A stretch of DNA of 64,000 nucleotides, taken from positions 1 through 64,000 of the IMG/VR virus record IMGVR_UViG_3300046804_004006; one strand, 5' to 3'. The number at the start of each line of letters is the position of its first letter. Within the stretch, counting starts at the first letter, position 1. The position numbers and the translations under genes were made by a program. The stretch is from a virus. Under the pieces are notes generated by a model that saw nothing but the letters and a program-made list of their open reading frames with translations, was not told where the DNA came from and did not search any database. Of this stretch, positions 16,751-24,028 are shown in pieces.

Positions 16751-17329
16751 ATGACTTCTTTCACTGTTGAAAAGCAAGGTCAAGAGATTAACTTTGAGAG
16801 TAAGTTTGATAATCTGCAAGATGCAAAGGAATATATTGTAAATAAACTGAACTATAATGATTTCGCAATGAATCTGGTTGAGAAGAAGAAAGTGAGTGAA
16901 AAGCAAATTGCTTGGATGCACTATCTTGCAACTCAAGGTGTCATTGATTCTCAAACTCCTGTTGAGGATGGTGAGTATATGAATGTGGTCAAGAAAATGT
17001 ATGATGCAGGTAAGAATCGCAAGACTAAGTTTCAAGTGCGACTGCCTGGTATTACTCTTTCCACTGTAAATCGAGGTGCAAATATCGGTTGTGTTTATGT
17101 CTATGAAAACAACCAATATGTTGCTAAGATTACTCAAAATGGTGAGTTGATTGGTAATGTCAGTGAGGATGTAAAGAATCTTCTGGAGGATGCAAATGAG
17201 AATCTTTTGCAACTGGCGAAGATTTATGGTCACGAATCTGGATCTTGCTCTATTTGTGGTCGCACACTGAACGATCCTCTCTCTGTGCAAATGGGAATTG
17301 GTCCTATTTGTGCAAAACTGTTCAACTGA
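16751..17329 (+). CDS. protein with C-terminal DUF6011-like zinc-binding motif
   Basis: CSICGRTLNDPLSVQMGIGPICAK. Confidence 0.7.
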   Translation: MTSFTVEKQGQEINFESKFDNLQDAKEYIVNKLNYNDFAMNLVEKKKVSEKQIAWMHYLATQGVIDSQTPVEDGEYMNVVKKMYDAGKNRKTKFQVRLPGITLSTVNRGANIGCVYVYENNQYVAKITQNGELIGNVSEDVKNLLEDANENLLQLAKIYGHESGSCSICGRTLNDPLSVQMGIGPICAKLFN

Positions 17330-17350
17330 GTTCTTTATTCTTTTTTTCCA

Positions 17351-17605
17351 ATGTTTGACCAACTTACATTTGTCCCGCATCTAAATGGTATTCCTGGTGC
17401 GATTGGTGCAAGGTATAAGTTTTCCAATGATTGGGAGATTTCAGTAGTTTCTGGACCTGCTGGTTGTGGATTATATGGAAATGTTGATGATGAGACATAT
17501 GAAGTTGCAATCTTCCGACCGAATGGACATATGACTGAAGATGTAAGTGGATGGAATACAAAACAAGAAGTATCTGCGATGATGTGGATACTGTCTCAAC
17601 TCTAG
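17351..17605 (+). CDS. hypothetical phage protein
   Basis: YKFSNDWEISVV...LYG...YEVAI..., a common phage family pattern. Confidence 0.7.
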   Translation: MFDQLTFVPHLNGIPGAIGARYKFSNDWEISVVSGPAGCGLYGNVDDETYEVAIFRPNGHMTEDVSGWNTKQEVSAMMWILSQL

Positions 17606-17637
17606 TTTTTTAATCACTTCACACCACACTCTCAAAA

Positions 17638-17820
17638 ATGACTAAAACTGAAACAATCAAATTTCTCATCAATCAAATTGAAGGTGATTTGGAAGACCTG
17701 TCTTGGCAGATTCGAGAGGAGACAAATTATGAAGATAATTCTGTTGATGATTTGAGTGAAGAGTATGATGAGAAGAAAGAACATCTAGAGAATCTCAAAA
17801 GCATTCTTTCCCAACTCTGA
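17638..17820 (+). CDS. small acidic coiled-coil protein
   Basis: 60-aa ORF. Confidence 0.6.
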   Translation: MTKTETIKFLINQIEGDLEDLSWQIREETNYEDNSVDDLSEEYDEKKEHLENLKSILSQL

Positions 17821-17847
17821 CCTAAATTAACAAAGGGGAAAAAACCA

Positions 17848-18078
17848 ATGTCTAAAACACAACGCAAAGGTAATGATTCTGATTATTACCCATACCGCCG
17901 ACCAAAGACATTTAATGAAATCAAGCAACTTGAAACTTTACTTCACGATAATGAGGTAGAACTTCGAAATAGGGATAAATCAAAGATTCATAATCTTCCC
18001 ACTGTTTATGATGACATTGTAAAGAGTGGATATTATGAGGATTATGATTGGAAACATCATTGGGATAAAGAATCATAG
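17848..18078 (+). CDS. hypothetical protein
   Basis: YRRPKTFNE...LPTVYDD pattern. Confidence 0.65.
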   Translation: MSKTQRKGNDSDYYPYRRPKTFNEIKQLETLLHDNEVELRNRDKSKIHNLPTVYDDIVKSGYYEDYDWKHHWDKES

Positions 18079-18170
18079 TCTCAAGGTGAGTCCAGCATAG
18101 CGATAAGGGATGCTGATAGGTAGAAGAACCCAAAGTGTATCAGGGCGAACTACGGGGCACCCTGCCCCCA

Positions 18171-18191
18171 TGCTATGATGAACGGAGTTCA
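18171..18191 (+). promoter_or_regulatory. extended -10 promoter sharing leader with elements 9 and 15 but lacking the palindrome
   Basis: TGCTATGATGAACGGAGTTCA. Confidence 0.6.
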
Positions 18192-18398
18192 AGGATGAGG
18201 AAATGACCACTGCTCAACGGATGGAACGTCAATTCTTTATTCAAATGATTGCTCTTGTGAATGAGATTCAATCTGACAAAACTATTCTTCACTCGCAATC
18301 TGGTTCTTATCGCAAATCTGCTTGGTGCAAAGTAATTAAAACTCCCAAGCAAGATCAATCTGCACTTGCTTCTGTTTGATTTTCTCTACACTCAATCA

Positions 18399-18584
18399 AT
18401 GATGAAACTTACTAAAGCACAAAAAGAGATTCTACTGACTCTTGAGAATGGTGATGAAGTGAATAACTGGTCGCAACGTATGCGAGCACTTCAACCATTG
18501 ATTGATGCTGGTATTGTTTACATTAAGGTGACGAATGATAAGAATGGTATTACCGAGGATGTAAGAATCGCACTGGTCGATTAG
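18399..18584 (+). CDS. small hypothetical protein (possible winged-helix)
   Basis: MKLTKAQKEILLTL...ALQPLIDAGIV. Confidence 0.55.
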   Translation: MMKLTKAQKEILLTLENGDEVNNWSQRMRALQPLIDAGIVYIKVTNDKNGITEDVRIALVD

Positions 18585-19007
18585 TTCTTTTTTTCTCAAA
18601 ACAAAATGACATTCACTGAAGTTCTAGAATCTCTTCCGCAGTTTATTGATGAAATGCAACCTGATCTTGAGATGATTTATGATTTCATCACAGAACAACT
18701 CTGCACTGAAGATTTAACTGATGCAGAATGGAGTCAAATTCTTAATCTTTACACTTCTTACTGATGAACGATTCTACACTTGATCTTTTTACAGATCATG
18801 AAGATGCAGAAGATGCAACAATCGAAGAACTTGCTGCTGCATTAGAAATCACTGTTGATTATTTTCTCGCGGAGTTTGTTTGATGATTAAGTACACCTTC
18901 GACATTATCACTCATCAACCAGTTTATGTTGTTTGTAATGTAAATCACCAACCACAAGTCATTACAACTAACATCTGCACTGCAATTCACAAACTTCAAC
19001 AAGTAAA

Positions 19008-19214
19008 ATGATTTTTCAAGTTACTGAAATTGAATTCGATTTCACTGATGATCTTGATGAAGAAGCATTAGATCAAGAAACACAAGATGAGATTTATGAT
19101 GAGGTTATTGGTCAAATCTGGGAAGCAGATGATGAAGATGATTTAATTGAAGAGATTACTTGTGCTACAGGTTGGTGCATTAAATCCATTGATTATCGAC
19201 ACGTTCTAAAATGA
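19008..19214 (+). CDS. very acidic small protein
   Basis: FQVTEIEFDF...WEADDEDDLIEEITCATGWCIKSIDY. Confidence 0.7.
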   Translation: MIFQVTEIEFDFTDDLDEEALDQETQDEIYDEVIGQIWEADDEDDLIEEITCATGWCIKSIDYRHVLK

Positions 19215-19685
19215 CACAATATACATACACTGTTATTGGTGGAGTTAATGAGTATGAATGTGATGTTAAGTCATTACAACTGTTTGATCGAAAATCACAA
19301 GCAGAACAGTATGCAGAGGATATAAAGGAAAAGTGGGATTATGAATATGTTTCTATCACTGTAAAGGAGATTCAATGAAGAAGAAAAAGAAAGAAAAACA
19401 TCAATTACTATCTAAAGCACAAGATGGTAATGAACTTCTTATTATTCTCAATGCACTGAAATGAAACAAGAAGCACAACTGATTGATGCTCTCTATGAGG
19501 AACTTTATGCAAACAACTATTCACTCATCGAAAAGGTGATTGAAGAGTATGTGTTGAACTTAAATCCTATTGAAATGAATACTCTTGAAGATTTGATTGT
19601 CAATAACTTTGGTATTGATTGATTAAAGATATAATGATATTGTTATATTAAAAATGTATTAAAAAAGATATATGAGTGTTTTATC

Positions 19686-19729
19686 TTTTCCACAATAACT
19701 GTGGAAAAAGTATAATAAACTGTGGAAAA
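19686..19729. promoter_or_regulatory. three DnaA boxes (TTTTCCACA)
   Basis: TTTTCCACA at 19686-19694; TGTGGAAAA at 19700-19708 and 19721-19729; next to an AT-rich tract. Confidence 0.65.
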
Positions 19730-19772
19730 CTTATGAATCTTAAGTCTTTTAAGTGTCTATAAATGTGCTCAG

Positions 19773-19882
19773 GTCTTGTGATCTTATAAATGCTCATAAA
19801 TGCTCATAAATGCTCATAAATGCTTATAAATGCTCATAAATGCTTATAAATGCTTATAAATGCCTCAGAGTCTTGTGATCTT
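19773..19882. repeat. 7 x 10-bp tandem repeat TGCTYATAAA bracketed by 13-bp direct repeats
   Basis: Units at 19791-19860; GTCTTGTGATCTT at 19773-19785 and 19870-19882. Confidence 0.9.
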
Positions 19883-19889
19883 GGCCCGC

Positions 19890-19918
19890 AGTCTATCAGC
19901 ACTTGGAGATTTTGTCAA
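19890..19918 (-). promoter_or_regulatory. leftward sigma70 promoter pointing into the tandem repeat
   Basis: On the - strand TTGACA-N17-TAGACT with extended TG. Confidence 0.65.
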
Positions 19919-20145
19919 GCACCCCCAGGACACATAAAAAACCCCCACACCTCACATTATAACAATATCACACTTCCGTTATATCATATAAGTCCACATA
20001 GCATACTCTCCCTACATATAAAACACTCTCAGACACTTCTATATGCCCCTACAAGGCACTTATAGACACTCTTAGGTCTTACACCCTATAATTCAGTTAT
20101 CAAGGTTCTATCAGAACTCTTTTATTCTATCATAAAATCTCCTAG

Positions 20146-20174
20146 TTGACAAGTGCTCATAATGTTGCTAGAGT
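20146..20174 (+). promoter_or_regulatory. sigma70-like promoter
   Basis: TTGACA-N17-TAGAGT with extended TG. Confidence 0.6.
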
Positions 20175-20270
20175 AGGTTTGTTGCTGTTAAAGAGAGATA
20201 ATATCAACAAGAACTTAAAGACCGTCCGAAGGACAACACGACCGAAGGGAGTGTTTCTATAAGACACTGA

Positions 20271-20299
20271 TTGACAATTACTATAAGACCTGATAGAAT
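20271..20299 (+). promoter_or_regulatory. strong sigma70-like promoter directly upstream of the repeat array
   Basis: TTGACA-N17-TAGAAT with extended TG. Confidence 0.75.
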
Positions 20300-20317
20300 A
20301 TAACAATCAGAACACAC

Positions 20318-20633
20318 AAAGTTCATTCGTTATTAGAGAATGAATGTAATAGAATCTCTTATTGAGAATCAAAGATAATATCACTGAGAAATTCATTCGT
20401 GATTAGATAATGTTCGTATAGAATTTCATATAAAGCACCTATTCTCAATAAGAACTCAAAGTTCATTCGTGATTAGATAATGTTCGTATAGAAGATAAAC
20501 AATACATATTCTCTAAGTATTGATATAAAAGTTCATTCGTGATTAGATAATGTTCGTATAAGACTTTGCAGAGTATCGAAAAGTCATCAAATCCTAATGA
20601 AAAGTATTCGTGTATTCTGCACATGCGTATAAA
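20318..20633 (+). repeat. CRISPR-like regularly interspaced repeat array (about 33-36 bp repeat, 70-bp period), no cas genes
   Basis: AAAGTTCATTCGTGATTAGATAATGTTCGTATA(GAA) at 20388, 20458, 20528; degenerate copies at 20318 and about 20601. Confidence 0.85.
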
Positions 20634-20712
20634 TATTCACCAAGTCTTGTGTATTAAGTTCACAGGAACTTAGTGAATTCTTATCAGTTTCGTGAGTCGT
20701 ATAAGAGTGGGG

Positions 20713-20741
20713 TTGACGGGGGATATAAGTTCTGCTACACT
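20713..20741 (+). promoter_or_regulatory. sigma70-like promoter
   Basis: TTGACG-N17-TACACT with extended TG. Confidence 0.65.
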
Positions 20742-20773
20742 TACAACAGTCGTTCAGTTCTTCTTCACTTCTT

Positions 20774-20941
20774 ATGTCTAGTTCGTATCTCCTAGCACAA
20801 AAGAATAAGTATCGTATCACGTTAGAACTTGACGTTCTCGGTGATTTCGATCCTCATCAGATTGATTGGAAGAAACTCTTTGACCTTGAGCATAATGAAT
20901 CGGTCAAGAGTTATGTAGAAGATCTCTCAGTGCCTTGGTAA
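20774..20941 (+). CDS. small hypothetical protein (55 aa)
   Basis: Read manually: MSSSYLLAQKNKYRITLELDVLGDFDPHQIDWKKLFDL... Confidence 0.7.
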   Translation: MSSSYLLAQKNKYRITLELDVLGDFDPHQIDWKKLFDLEHNESVKSYVEDLSVPW

Positions 20942-21628
20942 TTCTTATACATCAGTGAGTTTATTATCTCTTCGTGTAGATGTTCGTGTGATATAATTAT
21001 ACTTTGCGTTGTTCTTTATACATTCTTCGTGTCAGTTGTTGATATAAACTCAACAATGTGCTGGCAGTTACTATAAAGAACTACGTGGAGATATAATTAT
21101 ATCGTGCTGATTGTTCGTTGTGAGTATAAAGAACTGTGCTGATGTATTAGAATACACTAAGAATTGGTGGTAGTTAATATAAAGAATGACGAATAATAAT
21201 ACTTATTCGTTGTCAGTTCTTTATTCGTTATAGCAGCGATTTTATGTTGTTTGTTATTGTTTATATCGGGCGTTGCGGTTATAAAAACGCTCCACTACCC
21301 TAATCTATAACAACTCCGTACACCGACCTCGATTTATCTCTCATTCAAAAAATTCCGGAGAAAAAAATGTTTACAAAATGGATTCATAAAAACGGCAAAT
21401 CAAGACCAGATAAACGCTGTAAAAATTGTAAGACCCAAGCAAAGGCAAATGGTGCGCGTAAGAGAAAGAAGAAGTAAACCTTATTGGAACTTCTGGAAGG
21501 TTGTCTTAGTGGGATGGATAATTCGCTATCCTGGAAAAATGTTTAAAATTATCGGAGTCCCTCTTGGAATTCTTATAGCAATGATATATAAATCGGTGAC
21601 GAAATAAAAAATTTCCCGGAAAAATTTT

Positions 21629-21829
21629 ATGAAAAACATCGAAAAATTATATCACATATATGCAAAGGATCGGTGCATATATCACAATCTTCCAGAAAAC
21701 AAATTCTATGAAACCTGGGATATGTTGCACAAAATGGTTGAGCTATTAGGTTCGAATATTTCAACAAAAGATTTACAATATGAGGAAGTATTTGTCAATA
21801 AACTTATATCACTAAACTCATCATATTGA
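21629..21829 (+). CDS. hypothetical cyanophage protein
   Basis: 66-aa ORF, KLYHIYAKDRCIYHNL. Confidence 0.65.
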   Translation: MKNIEKLYHIYAKDRCIYHNLPENKFYETWDMLHKMVELLGSNISTKDLQYEEVFVNKLISLNSSY

Positions 21830-21854
21830 CAAATACTAAATAGGACGATAAAAT
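21826..21854 (+). promoter_or_regulatory. overlapping sigma70 and late promoter
   Basis: TTGACA-N17-TAAAAT with CTAAATA inside the spacer. Confidence 0.65.
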
Positions 21855-21877
21855 TGATCTGAAGGTTGATTTAACTT

Positions 21878-22645
21878 ATGGCAAAAGGATTTACTGTAAA
21901 AGCAGCAGCACCCAAACCCAAAGAAGGGGAATGGGATTATGATGCGATTAAAGAACGAATGAAAGGTAAGAGTATTGTCTTCTGTTTACCTGGAAGAGGA
22001 TGTTCTTTTATTTTTCTAAAGGCATTTGTACAACTTTGTTTTGATCTTGTACAAAATGGAATGAGTATTCAAATTAGTCAAGATTACTCATCAATGGTTA
22101 ACTTTGCACGTTGTAAGTGTTTAGGTGCAAATGTTCTTCGTGGACCAAAGCAAGTTCCTTGGGATGGAAAACTTCAATATGATTATCAACTTTGGATTGA
22201 CTCGGATATTGTCTTTGATTCTAACAAATTCTGGCAACTCTGTGATCTTTCTTTGAGTGAAGATGGTACTGAGCGTGAGATTACTGCTGGATGGTATGCA
22301 ACAGAAGATGGTCACACAACCTCTGTCGCACATTGGTTAGAAGAAGATGATTTCCGCAAAAATGGTGGAGTTATGAATCACGAAACTGTGGAATCAATCA
22401 GCAAGCGTCGTAAGCCATTCACTGTAGATTACACAGGTTTTGGGTGGGTTATGATTAAGAATGGTGTTTTTGAAAATCTTGAATATCCCTGGTTTGCTCC
22501 AAAGATGCAAGTCTTTGAGTCTGGTAATGTTCAAGATATGTGTGGAGAGGATGTATCATTCTGTCTTGATGCAAAAGAAGCAGGATTTGAGATCTGGTGT
22601 GATCCTCGAATTCGTGTAGGACATGAGAAAACTCGTATTATTTGA
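21878..22645 (+). CDS. GT-A fold glycosyltransferase-like conserved cyanophage protein
   Basis: LWIDSDIVF (DxD), GFGWVMI, GEDVSFC, DPRIRVGHEK. Confidence 0.75.
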   Translation: MAKGFTVKAAAPKPKEGEWDYDAIKERMKGKSIVFCLPGRGCSFIFLKAFVQLCFDLVQNGMSIQISQDYSSMVNFARCKCLGANVLRGPKQVPWDGKLQYDYQLWIDSDIVFDSNKFWQLCDLSLSEDGTEREITAGWYATEDGHTTSVAHWLEEDDFRKNGGVMNHETVESISKRRKPFTVDYTGFGWVMIKNGVFENLEYPWFAPKMQVFESGNVQDMCGEDVSFCLDAKEAGFEIWCDPRIRVGHEKTRII

Positions 22646-22657
22646 TGGAGGTAATGT

Positions 22658-22798
22658 ATGGCAAAGGGTGGATCTAGTAAGGTAATTTTTGAACCTGGAG
22701 CTCCAAAGAAGACTCGTCAGGGTCGTTCTCCTCGCACTTTACTCAGTGCAACTTCTCGTAATGGACGTAAAAAAAAGTATAGGGGACAAGGTAAATAA
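22658..22798 (+). CDS. small basic protein (46 aa)
   Basis: GGAGG ribosome site; KKTRQG...SRNGRKKKYRGQGK. Confidence 0.7.
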   Translation: MAKGGSSKVIFEPGAPKKTRQGRSPRTLLSATSRNGRKKKYRGQGK

Positions 22799-22840
22799 AT
22801 TTTTTTAGAGTGCTTAAATAAAAATAAGCACTCTTTTTTT

Positions 22841-23311
22841 ATGTTTTCAGAAAAAGAACTTTACATTCTCAATTGGATCAAGAAAGTTTCAGAATTAAGA
22901 CCCGAACTAAATGGATTTGCAATTTGTCCATTTGCAGCAAAGTCTAAATTTAAAATTGTAGAATGTTCAGTAGAAGAAATATATCCTATTGAAGGGTATG
23001 AGGTAATTATTTTTATCGTTGAAGACTATCTAGACCTAAATTCCATTAACTTTTGGGTTGATCATCACAATTCAATGCATAAGAATTGGAAATTTTTTGA
23101 AGATTGTGGTTTATATGATACTTATATTAATGGGGTTCAGACCAATAATGGAAAATATAACTTGATTTTGGGACAACCAACTGATAAACTGCGTAAATTT
23201 CGCGAAAAATTAGCAAAAACTGATTATTATAAGATGTGGGATGAAGAATATTTGAAGGAAATTCTCGAAGATGACTATGATATAATTAGAAGTGGGATAG
23301 CAACCCCGTAA
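22841..23311 (+). CDS. DUF1415-like protein
   Basis: W...V....LNGFAICPFA motif. Confidence 0.55.
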   Translation: MFSEKELYILNWIKKVSELRPELNGFAICPFAAKSKFKIVECSVEEIYPIEGYEVIIFIVEDYLDLNSINFWVDHHNSMHKNWKFFEDCGLYDTYINGVQTNNGKYNLILGQPTDKLRKFREKLAKTDYYKMWDEEYLKEILEDDYDIIRSGIATP

Positions 23312-23344
23312 AAAGTTCTGATTTAACAGATCAGGAGCTAAAAA

Positions 23345-23602
23345 ATGACCAAACAAGTTGATAAAGACAAAAATTTTATGAGAAGTGAATGGGGAACTCA
23401 ATATTTGTCTTCGGAGTACGGTTGGGAAGCAAAAATTGACAATCAAAAAATGCTTCGTGAGATTGCAAATGACGATTTAACGCCCAAAAAGCATGATTTT
23501 TTCCATCAAAATGAAATTCATGCTCAAATTCGCAATGATAATGACTATGATGACTGGGAATATGGCACAGAACCACTTTATGAATCAAAAAATCCCGAAT
23601 AA
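23345..23602 (+). CDS. hypothetical protein
   Basis: 85 aa, GGAG ribosome site. Confidence 0.65.
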   Translation: MTKQVDKDKNFMRSEWGTQYLSSEYGWEAKIDNQKMLREIANDDLTPKKHDFFHQNEIHAQIRNDNDYDDWEYGTEPLYESKNPE

Positions 23603-23625
23603 ATAAGATAGAATTATCATATTCA

Positions 23626-24027
23626 ATGCCTCTAGAGAGAGTAAGTCAGGGATTTAAAGACATTAGTATGACATTTCAGGCGAATCCCCTGAATAACGAT
23701 CTTATTGCGTTAAAAAATGAAAGTGCTATTGCACGTTCAATACGTAATATTGTTTTTACTCTCCCTGGAGAAAAATTTTTCAATGAAAATTTTGGATCTA
23801 AGATTTCTAGAACTATTTTTGAAAATGTAGATAATATCTCAGCATCAATTATAGTCGATGAAATACGTCAATCAATTATAAACTATGAGACTAGAGTTCA
23901 ATTGATTGATGTCCAAGCATATCCAGACTATGATAATGGTAGTTTTGATGTGGTACTTATATACAATATAATAGGTGCAGATGTTCCTGCACAACAGTTA
24001 CAATTTGTTTTGCAACCAACTAGGTAA
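23626..24027 (+). CDS. gp25: baseplate wedge subunit gp25
   Basis: FKDIS...AIARSIRNIVFTLPGEKFF...FGS...YETRV; late promoter at 23599-23605. Confidence 0.9.
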   Translation: MPLERVSQGFKDISMTFQANPLNNDLIALKNESAIARSIRNIVFTLPGEKFFNENFGSKISRTIFENVDNISASIIVDEIRQSIINYETRVQLIDVQAYPDYDNGSFDVVLIYNIIGADVPAQQLQFVLQPTR

Positions 24028-24028
24028 A

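Noticed and set aside
19850-20065. 71-aa ORF starting in the tandem repeat
   Set aside because: Starts inside repeats, atypical composition, overlaps the minus-strand promoter
20407-20421. Similarity of ATAATGTTCGTATAG in the array repeat to a loxP half-site
   Set aside because: Only a gapped half-site, with no inverted partner 8 bp away and no recombinase in the window
20318-20563. Calling the array a canonical CRISPR
   Set aside because: No cas genes in the window, repeat not palindromic, spacers partly related to each other, degenerate at both ends; kept as CRISPR-like only
21347-21628. A-tract-flanked TTCCGG/CCCGGAA quasi-palindromes at 21347-21367 and 21606-21628
   Set aside because: Only two loose copies in AT-rich sequence; insufficient support for a function
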